From assembly GCA_023334545.1 (NCBI GenBank), contig JAADVB010000002.1, positions 62,001-126,000 of the forward strand: a DNA stretch of 64,000 bases. The letters run 5' to 3'. The notes under the pieces were generated by a model. The model was not told the origin of the DNA. It did not search any database and worked only from the letters and a program-made list of their open reading frames with translations. Positions within the stretch are counted from its first letter, which is position 1, and each line of letters opens with the position of its first letter. The position numbers were made by a program, and so were the translations under genes. This document shows, one piece after another, positions 11,447 to 23,265 of the stretch. The stretch comes from Salisapilia sapeloensis CBS 127946 (lineage: Eukaryota > Protista > Oomycota).

Positions 11447-14368
11447 TTATGCTTCCTGGGTCGGATGAATCGGAGCATTCCCCGGCTTCAATCGTCGCAG
11501 CCATGAAAAGCGTGGTATATGTTGCTGGATCGATAAACTTTTTTCAATGCATGGCGGGGTATACGTTTCGCTAAAACAGCCATGACTACGCATATAGCAG
11601 ACAGTTTAGTATTATAGCTAGAGGAAACGTAATAGACGAGCATAGACCTCTCAAGCTGGAGGAGAAGCCGTTTCAATAGAATATCACCATCTTGACTACT
11701 GTCTCCCTATTTCCATGATTAAGTTGGAATGTACTGGAACAAGTAGGAAAGATATGACATACCTTGAAAGCGAGCTTCAATAACAAGGAGCTCGCTTTAT
11801 CGTACGTCATGTGGATGCGAATATTGGGAAGAAAGCACCATCGTACGATTGGACGTAACCATTGCAGTACTTGACCCCAGCCCATCCAGCGAAATTCTTG
11901 GCAATTCAAACGAGGACATTCACTCCAATTGACTTTTACTATCTTAGACGTTTCCGTGAAATGTACGACGCGATTCTCAAGGGTGGGTAGTGATCGTACA
12001 AATTGGTCGATTGCTTGGATATTCACCTTGCGATTTAGCGTGTAGCTCAAAGCCTTCATTGACGTGACATATTTAGCTGACGTATGGACAAACCACTTCA
12101 TCATGTACAGAATCGCAAGCATTGAAGCGCACTCAATGATAAACCAGACAACTGGAACCTCGATGAAGTATTTGACAAGTATTTCGTTTGCCCATTTCAT
12201 TTCTGGTAATGCACTTCCATCAATACCTAGCAGTTTGCCGTCGGTAATTCGATCCAAGAGCTCATAGCCCATCATACATGCAAAGAGGGACAGCAAAAAG
12301 TCAAAAGACGCTTCTTCCTTCGCCTGGTTTACTCGTATTGCTTCTGTTGCTGCAGCAAAGTTGTGCCCGACTTGATTGATATTACGATCGATGATCGACT
12401 TTTCCATGTTACAGCTTTGATTCTGTACTTGCTTAAGCTTAGCTCGGAAGCCTCGTAAAAGTTTCTCTAAGTCGTTTACTCGTATTTCAATATCGTTGTG
12501 AATCTACATGGTATTTCAATATTAGTTTCATCGTGACTATGCATGAATGTGCGAGGGTACCTTTTTCAATTGAAGTTTCTCGTATAACTCGCTGCCGATG
12601 GCATCTGCCGGACACGATGGAAGTGCTATTGATATTAGCGATGCTCTCAAGAGCACAAGGATTTCTTCGAGCACAATTAAGTCGTGAGCACAGTTATTGA
12701 TCGTTGTGCGCATGTCATCAAGAGCATCTGGACTGGATTCAAAGGATTGCATGAACGTTCTAGCTTTGTCTAATGTATCGTCAAAAATGAACGTGCGCTT
12801 GAAGAAGAAGCGAATGAAAAGTTCGCGAGAGAGTAGCCCCAAGTGCGCCATGATCAACGGTTCATATTCCTTTGCTCGTGGACCCACAAGCATCATACCT
12901 TCTTGTCCAATCCACACTTTGTCCTGTTCTCCAATATCATGCACGGAAAAGATTTCACCTAGCACTTGTTTCAATTCGTTCTCCGTCTCTCCTTTGTCCA
13001 AATACTCTTGCGCTGGGAGGTTCGGAGTTATCGAATCTGCTGTGATGAGACTATACTTGTTCCGAGATCGAGCATCTTCCATGAAAAGCCTGTCGAGTAG
13101 CATGCGTTGATGGGGAGACAAGAGATCATTTATAATTTTGGAAGAGTCCAGATCTACACTGACCAGTAACCGAGAGAGGTGATCAATGTTAACATCATCG
13201 CCCATCTTATTCATCACGGCATCCACGTTCATACCGTACACGATGGATCCTTCGCCACTTAAGTGCATGCCAAAGCTCTTGATCTGTACGAGACCTTTTT
13301 TAATTGGCGTATGAATGTCTGCTTCGAAGTTCGTGAACGATTCAAAGTCAAAGTCGACGACGGATATTTTCGTGAGTCCTGGTGTCACATGCAAGATTGT
13401 TTTCGTCGGATCCAGATCCAGTTCAGATGTAAATAGACCTCCTTGATACCGATCGAGTGTACCAAGACGTTCATTGAGCATTACGATTTGGTTCGGGCCG
13501 AAAGGGATCCATTCACCAATTAGCAGCTTGACATTCGAAAGCTCGACGACGACAGACAATTGATCGAGTATCGTATCCTGACCTTGTAAACATGCACTGG
13601 CATGGTGGGTATTGGATGAGAACGGCGTTGATTGTGTTTTCAGCAGACAAGAGGGCAGAAATGGACTCGACACGTATGATATTTCCTCGACTTCAGTCAC
13701 TTTGGAAACAATAGCTTGTCCGTCACCTCGAACAAGCCAGAATTTAGCATCCTTGGCATCGAACACAATTTTCAGTAGCTCCGTTTCCATCAGCATCAAC
13801 TGTCGATTGGATTGTTGATCTAACGTACAACGGCGTGGAGTTGAGGTAACGACAAAATTTTGACAAAGGTCTTGCTCTTGCCATTGCTCTCCAGATAAGA
13901 AGGCGTCAATATGAGACTTTTGTGTTTGAGGAAGTGTCTCGAGCACCTTGGCAGCAGCTTTCGTCACCTACCGGCAATTTTGTTAGTATATCAATTCGCA
14001 TGGAGTCTACAGAACATCCAAGTTACCTGGAAGGCAGTAGACGGTTGGAAATCGTGGCTGCATGTCTTCAGTGCCAGAACCAAGCCGCTTTCCCTCAAGT
14101 CGTCCACAGCAGCACGTGCATCTTGACTGAGATTCAGCCATACATGTCTGGATTGTCGACCTTGCACGATGTTCTGACTGATAGGAGCATAGTCAAAGTC
14201 GAGTAGCTGCTGAACGATGGCTTCGTACACCATCACGAGCAACGGTAACGACCGTAGCCATCGTTCTTCCCTGTCACTCGCCTTGGGAGTATACGTAAAG
14301 CGCGAGATGATATAGAGCAGACACTTGTAGTCATCACTCCACTCAGCGTCTCCCTTCTTCACCTCCAT
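11447..14368 (-). CDS. Uncharacterised multi-exon membrane protein (helical bundle followed by two hydrophobic segments, CorA-like layout)
   Basis: Long ORFs 13991..14368, 12537..13967 and 11673..12407 joined by GT-AG introns; hydrophobic segments FLLSLFACMMGYELL and VPVVWFIIECASMLAILYMMKWF. The last exon and stop (11447..11449) are less certain. Confidence 0.7.
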
Positions 14369-14555
14369 CCTGATCGGATTTAAAGGTCACTTGACCGTTT
14401 CCTGATGCAATCTACTTTCAAAGTACAAGATAAAGGTTGCGATGATACGGAGCTGAGAAAAGGAATGTGTCATTCGATTATGTAGTCTACATGCCTTGTC
14501 GGAAGCAAACACTTTCATGCAAAGGCAAGCTTTCGATGCACTACACTTGGTTCTT

Positions 14556-16843
14556 TCACGCCTGGCTGATAAAGTCGAGCTCATTCGCCAATGTCTCCTG
14601 TCGATACTCGACACGAATGTTCGGGACATTGGTCATGCGGATATCTATTCCAACTCAATCAGTCGACACATTAGACACTAATATAACATAAACGTACCGT
14701 TGCCAGCTGCACCTTGCAGCATGTAGTTACGTCCGAGATAGTACGCTTTAAACTCCGGTTCGAAGCCGGACTGCAGCACTGAGTTACGAGCGATTTCACA
14801 AATATCCGTCGACGATAGTTTCCACACTTGAGCAGCAACCGAGTACTCTTCCAACAACGGATCCTTCGTGTAATGCAGCAGCAACGGATCATCCGTACTG
14901 AGCGACACGTTTAGTCCACGCGCATGGTACGTCGGGAACGGGTTGCGATGGTACTCTAGGAACAGTCGGTTGTTGCTCAGAGGCGACATGGCAATCCCGA
15001 TCTGCGTCAGGTAGTACAAGTACTGAAGAGCAACAGCCTTACGCAGCGTGATCCCGTGGTTGATCGCGTTACAGGTCAAGAAGGAGGATGCCAAGTGCTC
15101 TGGATCTCCAGCTTCACCCGAGTGCGGGCGCAGTGTGAACGTATTAAGTCCCTTGCTTCGACGGAACTGGTTGAGCGTCGCCAAGTTCGCGTACAAGTAG
15201 TACAGCCAGTAATCATACGGCGGATTATACTCGTTATCCCACTTCTCTGGTTCAGGCATCGTCTTGCCGTATTCCGCACGCACGTGCTCGACCTTGCTTT
15301 CATCATCAACACAGTCAAAGCCGACGAGCGTCGCCAAAAAGTAGTGCAGCGGTGGATTCGACGACGGGTCTCGCGTGACTTCGAACAAGGGCAAGAAGAT
15401 GTGGTCGAGCATCTGCTGGAAGTTCTCGACTTCTCCGTTCTTCTTGTAGATGAAGTAGAGTCGAGGGATCTGGACCATCCAACGAACGTGAGGAGAAGCG
15501 AGTTGGTTTACGTAGACCCAACGAGCGAGTTTATCCCATTCCGTCTGCTTCCGACCGTAAATGGATAGGCGGTATTCGACGAGCTGATATTTACTCGCTT
15601 CCAAGTCGTTGATGACTTCCTTTGTCACCATGGCGAGGTACTTGCCAGCGATGAGGTTGTCTGTTTTCAGGAAGATTTCACGCAGACGACTTTGTCCGGC
15701 CGGATTGTACTTGAGATTGAAACGATCGAAACGATGGAAGGTGTTGGATGCATGCATGTCCAACGTATCGACGCTCAAGTCGTACGCAGTGAGGTTGAGG
15801 GATCGAAAGACTTCTTCTAGCGTCATGAAGCGACCGTCACGATAGATGACGATCTCATTCGGGTGATGACGTAGACGAGATTTAATGAAACGTAGGAGGT
15901 GCTTTTGGTTCATACAGGCAGAGTGATGGATATGCGTATCGACTTTACGGACGTTGTAAAAGTCTCGATGCGGAACTCCTTTCTGCGCAATTAATTCTCG
16001 ATCGGAGTTTAAGAGCGCGTGGAGCTTAAAACGAGCTTCTAGAAGCTGAAGACGCTTGAATGACAACGTTTTCACTGGCCCAAAGTTCATAATACGCTTC
16101 ACTTCGAATAGATCTTGGTAGTACTCGTGCATGTTGCCAACGGTATGCATCGGCTCTTCTTCTCCAGACTTGTAGACGTGTAAGACACCTCCGAGACTAC
16201 GAATTTCTTCATTCGATGTCTCCGAGATAGGTCTTTCAAATGGCTTATAAGGAAGATCTTCTCGATGACGAAGTCTCTGGCTGCTATGACGCGGGCTATC
16301 CGGCTGGCCGACGTTGGATGGCTCCATCTCGTCCGGCGTATTCACTGTAATCCACTTCTTGCGTAGATCAATGCACTTGCGGATCATGGATAAAACTCCC
16401 TTGGTCTCATTATCCATCTCTTCATCCGGATCACTGATATTGATACGTTGGTACGCTGAGAGATGTCCATACGGCTCTGGAAGCTTATCAAACAGTCCTT
16501 CGGTAGCTATGACACATCGGTGGTACGTCAGAGACTATATGAATGCATAGACGACAGAAATTGTACAATTAGATTGCTGCAGCTCTTCCGTCGTAAGTGA
16601 CATGCCTCGAACGCGTTTCTCCGTCTTCACACGCTCCAGAATCGATGCTTTTAGACGTCCCTCTTCACGCGTGTAGCCTGAGGCTGTCGAAGCGTCATTG
16701 TCATCATATTCATCTGCACCTGACACTGCAGCATTCGTGTGCAACGAAGCTGTATGCAAGAGTGCAGCGGAGGAAGCAGAGGGGGTTTCATCGTCTGAAG
16801 TCTCATCGTCCATCGGACGCTTCTCTACCTTGTCTTCGTCCAT
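14556..16843 (-). CDS. AMPD: AMP deaminase
   Basis: [18 protein letters not shown] and SLSTDDPL motifs; last exon [20 protein letters not shown] ends at TGA 14556..14558; ATG at 16843. Confidence 0.96.
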
Positions 16844-17012
16844 GTCCACAAAGTGTGAATGTGGCTACAAACAGCTGAAAGGGTCGTTCGGTTTTAACTG
16901 CAATGATGAGACGACCCATCCCTACTGCAATGTAGTATAAACAGATGTAATTATATGAGATCAACATGATTTGAGGTCAAAGAGACGCCGGACGTTTGGA
17001 TCGAAGAGGAGT

Positions 17013-18645
17013 ATGCTAACTCGTGTATGGAAGCCGTTGTCTACGGCAACAAGACTATCAACTGGATCTGTGGGTACTATTGCTCACTTTTCCACGTCTG
17101 AAAAGGTTCTTGGATGTATCTAGATTTGTATCATGATGTTATATTGATATCTTGTATAGTACATCGAGCGTGAAGAAAAGTATGGTGCACACAACTACCA
17201 TCCGCTACCTGTTGTGCTGAGTGAAGGCAAAGGTATGTAGTTTAGGAATATTAAAAGTTGATTTGATAGTCATCTTGTGGGATTTGTAGGATGCAAAGTA
17301 TGGGATGTCGATGGAAAAGAGTACTATGATTTCCTAAGTGCCTACTCGGCAGTCAACCAGGTATGGACACTTCTCTATCATTTATAGACCATGATCTCAT
17401 AGACGTCTATACGCTAGGGTCACTGTCATCCGAAGATCGTGGACGCTTTAACGAAACAAGCCTCCAAGATCACGCTCACGTCTCGTGCTTTCTACAACGA
17501 CGTGCTTGGCGAGTACGAAGAGTACATGACGAATCTCTTTGGATATGACCGCGTAAGTTTCCTATCGTCACACATCCAACCACCCATCTTAACTAGAATG
17601 ATATAGATCCTTCCGATGAACACTGGTGTGGAAGGTGGTGAGACTGCCGTGAAGCTCGCTCGTCGATGGGCATACGAGGTCAAGGGCGTCAAGCCTAATA
17701 AGGCTAAAGTCGTGTTTGCTGAGAATAACTTTTGGGGTCGTACTCTTGCAGCCGTCTCGTCCTCGAGCGACTCGGAAGCTTATGGTGGCTACGGTCCGTA
17801 CATGCCTGGCCTCGACCGTGTTCCGTACAATGACGCCGATGCGCTTGAAAAGCTCTTTGAAAAGGAAGGAGAGAGCATTGCAGCCTTCATGGTAGAGCCG
17901 ATCCAAGGCGAGGCTGGTGTCGTCGTACCGGACGACGGGTACCTTCGTCGTGTGCGCGAGTTGTGCACCAAGCACAACGTCTTGTGGATTGCAGATGAAG
18001 TCCAGACAGGTCTCGCACGTACCGGCAAGATGCTGGCAGTGGACCATGAAGGTGTCCGACCAGACCTAGTGATCCTCGGCAAGGCCTTGTCGGGAGGCAT
18101 GTACCCAGTCTCGGCAGTCTTGGCCGATGACGAGGTGATGCTGACCATCAAGCCTGGCCAGCATGGCTCCACGTACGGTGGTAACCCACTTGGCTGCAAG
18201 GTCGCCATGGCTGCCATGGACGTAGGATACCTCTACTCTTGGTCGATAGACGAGATACTGAAGATGGATGTAGGTGCTTGTGGAAGAGAAATTGGCGGAG
18301 AATGCTGCCAAGCTCGGACAAGAGTTCCGTGACGAGATGAGCAAGTACGTTGATCTTGAGAGAGGAAGAATGTAAGATGCTGATTGTATTCATAGAGTGG
18401 ATCTACCGCTGCTCAAGGGCGTGCGTGGACGAGGACTGTTGAATGCGGTCATCATTGACGACTCCAAGAGCTCAACGCCAACGGCATGGGACTTGTGTCT
18501 CCGTCTGCGTGACAAGGGACTACTCGCGAAGCCGACGCAAGGCAATGTCATTCGCTTGGCGCCACCATTGTGCATGACGAAAGCGCAGATGGATGACTGT
18601 ACTTCGATCCTCAAGAACGTCTTGTCGGAAGCGCATGCTGGATAG
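17013..18645 (+). CDS. OAT: Ornithine aminotransferase, probably mitochondrial (multi-exon)
   Basis: [49 protein letters not shown] and the PLP-lysine motif LGKALSGG; presequence-like first exon. Confidence 0.96.
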
Positions 18646-18762
18646 GTGGAAGCATGGTCTTGGGAGTAGACTGCACATGACATGGAAACAGGAATTACTT
18701 TCGGTCTACCCACATTCGCATGAAAGAAAAGAAAGCAAGGAATTCATGACAACAATCCGACT

Positions 18763-21700
18763 TTAATGGTCCTCCGACGCATTCAATCGATCTCGAGGAG
18801 GATCCATCCGTTGCACCTTGATCTTATCATCTCGTTCCAATGTACTAGAATATCTTATCATTAGTCCTACATGCTACTTTACATGTATGAGAAGAGTATA
18901 CCTGAGATCATTCGGCGTCACAAAGATGAACTGTTTATTGCTCTGCTGCTTTGCAGCAGCAACAAGTAGTTGAATCGTCATGTCTCGATTAACCGAGTCC
19001 ATGAAGACGTCAAACTCGTCCATGACTCGAAACGGACATTCGATACTTTCTCCAAGCGCCAGCAAGAGTGATACTTGCGTATAAGATCGTTCGCCACCAG
19101 ACAGTTCTTTCATATCCGTGACCTTACTCTTCTTCGATAGTCCTTGTTCATTCCGTAAGACAGACATATCGAGTTTCTTATCATGATGCTGGAACTTGAG
19201 CTGACCGGCAAAGTTGTTGATACCCATGTAATGATTAAACTCTGCACCAGTATTCTTGGAGATCTCCTTGCGCAAGTCTTTCCACATCTGCTGTCGATCA
19301 TCAAGCATACGTCGGACACGATGGAGATTCCGAGCGAACTGGTCGTATGTCTCTTTCTTCTCTTCATACTTGTCTGTCTTGACGTCTCGATCAGCACGTA
19401 ATTCTTCCAAGTCCATCCCTTCGAATCTCTCTCGCTCGGCTTCAATCTGTCGCTTGAGATCAGCCATTTGAAGACCATAATGCTCATGGGATTCCGTCGT
19501 CTCGACTCGTTCGGGACATATACGCTCAGCTTTACGTGTATGCTGCACGACTTCTTCTTCCTTGGCAGACAGTTGCTCCTGATAACGACGAACGTACTCG
19601 GATGCAGCCGTGACATTTCGTTCCAGACGCATTTGCTCTGGCTTCATCTCACGTAATCGATGCAAGACTTCATTCACTTTGTTTTCAAAAACTTGTGCAT
19701 CTTGTCGACGCTGAGCTTCATCCTTTTCACTCGATTCAAGCTCTTGTAACATACCTTCTAAATCCGGATTCTCACGTGCCATCACTTGTTCCAACTCTCG
19801 TTCTCGTTGCTTAAGACGTTCATAATCGGCCTCAGCATCCGCAATCTCATCGTCATACGCCGTCGGATCGAATCGAGAGTCCATGTCTTCTCCATCCAAT
19901 TCACGTTCCAACGACCGAAGATCATTTCGACGACGATGCAGACGATGACGAATGTCTTCCACATAACGCTTTTGATTCCGCTGTTGATGCATTAATTCCT
20001 CTCGCTGGCGTTTTAAATCCTGCATGTCGCCTCCGTATTGACTACAAGCATTTCGTGCGTCTTGTAGTCGTCCTTCGAGCTCTCGCACACTACTCTGAAC
20101 GTCTCGAGAGAAGACAGTACCACTCGATTTCTGTCGATTCGGAATATAAGCAATGTTTCCATTACGCACGACGAACTTGTCACCGTTCGATAGGAACGTT
20201 TCATTAATGTATTTTGCCATACGAAAGTCACCACTCGATCCTTCCAAGACATTTCGCTCCGCATCTTCTCGATCTTCAAAGATGACACGACTTTCCGTGC
20301 TGCAGACATCGATTAAAGCATTATACACATCCGGATCTTCCACTTCCAATAAGTTGCAGATCGTATGACGAGCTAAGCGACCACTAGGTGTATTCAACGT
20401 TTCGTACGGATACCTTCTGCCACTGCGTTTCGTGATGACGATCGGAGCTTGATTGCCTGGACATTTGCATTGACGCTTGAGCTGGTCTAACGTCGCTTTA
20501 TCTCGACCGTTCACGACGAGGTAGCTACTTAAATTGCCTTTCAAAGCAGTTTCTAACGCTTGCGCGTACTTTGCATTCTCATCTGGGAGCTTGACGTATA
20601 AACCTAATGGACCGATAGGTTCTTGTGTGAATTTATGACGATTGCGCTGAATTAGATCGTGAAGAGCGGGTAAGCGAGACCCGAAGACTGCGAGTTTACT
20701 CTGCGATTGAGACTGCAGGTCGTGAATACGTTGCTGGATCTGCTGTCGCTCACGATCAGCGTCTTGGAACATGCGAGAACAGTTACGCACTTGGTTCTCG
20801 ACTCGCTCGAGCTCTTCCGATGACTCAGTCTCGACGTTACTCTCGTCCAATTGCTGCTGTAGTTGATCGACTTCAGAGCGTAGTTTCGTCAATCGACGTT
20901 GATTTTGATCGTCCATCTCTCGACGATTCGCGATTTTTTCTTCATGCTCCCGACGTTTCTTCTCTTTTCTCGTCTGTAGATCAGTGATGCGCTCCTTGGC
21001 TGTACGTTTGTTCTGCTGGAGTGTACGAGACTCGGCCTTGTACGCTGCTAATGGCCGCTTTGCTTCTCGAATCTGCTGCTTTAGACGCTGTACGACTGTG
21101 TGCGCTTCTTCCACGTGGCTGCTAGCTTCCTGAAGCTTATCGTTTCGACGTTCTTGCTCCAATTCGAGTTCTCGAACTTGCTCCGAGATCTCTTCATGGC
21201 GTCTCGTAGCTTCCACTTCTTCCTGTTTCTTCGCTTCGACTTTGCGCTGAATACGCTGTGCTTCTTGCTCCACTTCTGAGACAAAGGACCATGCGAATGC
21301 GTTCTTTACTTGATACAGATCATTCTCCAAGTTACCAATACTCTTGGCTTCTTCATACCTTTCGTTTGCTTCATTCATGGCCTTCTCCAACGACTGGATC
21401 TTTTGATACTCACGCTTGAGCACTGATTCACTCGCAGCTCGAGTCTCTTCATCAATCTTACTGTACGTCGCACGCATCTTGAACAAGTCCGTCGACTGGA
21501 GGAAAAAGTTGTACTTGTCTTTCGCGTTGCCTTTTAAAAACAACTTTGCATTCTCTTGATCCAAGATAGCGCATGGGTTTCCTGTTTGGATGTTCAGATG
21601 GTCCAATAACGCATCCAAGTCGGCTTTAAGCTTCGATACGAGGACACCACGTTCGTTCTTTAATCGATACTCGGCCGATCCGTCATGACGAATGAATCGC

Positions 21701-22293
21701 TCGACGATAATACGATCGCCATACAAGTCTGGTTGGAAAGCATCACTATGTTCATCTCGAGACCAGTTCCGTAACGTAATTCGCACGAGAGCATGTCCGT
21801 CATGACCGTGGCGAATAAGATTCTTAATACTCTTACCACGATGTGTACTACGTGCACTTGCGCCAAGACAGATTTGGATGGCTGCAATGATCGCACTTTT
21901 GCCACTACCGTTCTCGCCTGTGATAAAGTTGATGTTCGGACACAACTTGACTTGCAGACGCCGGTGGCACATAAAGTTTTCGCAATAAATCTCCTCGATG
22001 ATCCCCATCTCTGGTTCCTTGCTTTCTCTGTGATCGTCATGATGGGCAGCAACTTCCTCTCCGATGATCTGATCCTCTTCATCATCGAGATTTTCCTCCG
22101 ACCGACGTGCTTTTGCAGGACGATCGTCCTCATTCTCGCTCTCGGCGTCCATTTGGGAAGCAGCATGACCGTTCGAAGTGTAGAGAGTTCGCTGTACGGA
22201 TGAGGGAGACGCTTGACTACGCATACGCTTCTTCGCCTTTCTCCGTGACATGGGCGGCGTCGCCTGCCTTGCATCCGGACTCTCCATCAGCAT
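18763..22293 (-). CDS. SMC6: Structural maintenance of chromosomes protein 6
   Basis: Walker A GENGSGKS, long coiled coils with hinge, signature LSGGERS, Walker B MDEFDVFMD; short last exon ends at TAA 18763..18765; first in-frame ATG at 22293. Confidence 0.95.
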
Positions 22294-22513
22294 GCTGTCG
22301 CCTTCGTTTTCCGCCAATTTACCAAACGGTTAATAACTGCATGCTGCTTGTGTCCATACTTTCTTCAAGTCTTATCCGGAATGATATTTAACGGTTATAC
22401 CAAACACCAAGTAAAAAGATAAAAATATTTTATGAAGTGTATAGCAGAGCAAGTCGATTTTCGTCATTAGCCATCGTGTACACTTCCTAGACGCGATCAT
22501 GTACCATTTGAAT

Positions 22514-23062
22514 TCATTGCAAAATGAAGTATTCTAAGAGCTGTAGATCCTCACTTTGTAAGGTATCTATGAAACCAGCGTATGCTGGGTTCAACTCGTC
22601 GGTCGCTTCACTACTTTCGAGCTCGACTTTATACTTGACAGGCGGTGGACAGGATGCTGATGGCGCGTCAATCATACGTGTTGTCGTATCATGTGTCTCT
22701 TCATGGGAAATCCACAAGGATGTATCTTTTTTTAAACTTGAAGACGTACTCGTGTCGGAATGCGTGCCATCCGTGTTCGATAACTTCGTGTGCGCGCGCT
22801 TGGAAGCTCTTCGTTCTCGATACTTCATGTCACTACGTTTCTTCGCGCGATTCTGTTGCTCTCGATGGTACTCACACAATAGTAGCTGCGTGCCGTTTGG
22901 TTTAGTGACACGCACGTTGGTGCAGCGGCCAGTCTTGTAGCGACAACGGTTACCGCTTTCTCCTCTCGACTTGTGGTGGACGGATCGGGTCATACTGTTG
23001 ATATATAATCCTAGCGTGTGGTCTTCCGTGGGCGTATTTAAGAATGGCGGCATGGCGTCCAT
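22514..23062 (-). CDS. Small basic protein with a Cys3-His motif (putative Zn-finger/DNA-binding)
   Basis: CRYKTGRCTNVRVTKPNGTQLLLCEYHR followed by a basic helix QQNRAKKRSDMKYRERR; intact single-exon ORF. Confidence 0.7.
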   Translation of the reverse strand: MDAMPPFLNTPTEDHTLGLYINSMTRSVHHKSRGESGNRCRYKTGRCTNVRVTKPNGTQLLLCEYHREQQNRAKKRSDMKYRERRASKRAHTKLSNTDGTHSDTSTSSSLKKDTSLWISHEETHDTTTRMIDAPSASCPPPVKYKVELESSEATDELNPAYAGFIDTLQSEDLQLLEYFILQ

Positions 23063-23265
23063 GCGTTTCGATTCGGCCGCGTTTGCTACCACATCAGCTG
23101 CCGGATTTTAAACTAGGTTTTTTCCGTCCTTTCATTAGTCTTCTACATCCTGGCGACAGTGCTCTTCTTGTAAGGTCTTTCGAAATACATCCGAGGGCGC
23201 GCAAAGGGCGTCTAAGGTATGGCGCGTCCAGCCACCATCCACAGTTTCAAATACGTAGGCATATA

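Noticed and set aside
8902-22274. Long shadow ORFs overlapping real genes (e.g. 8902..9528 +, 15056..15568 +, 19110..19616 -, 21660..22274 -)
   Set aside because: They overlap well-supported CDSs in antisense or alternate frames and show no motifs; expected by-products of codon bias.
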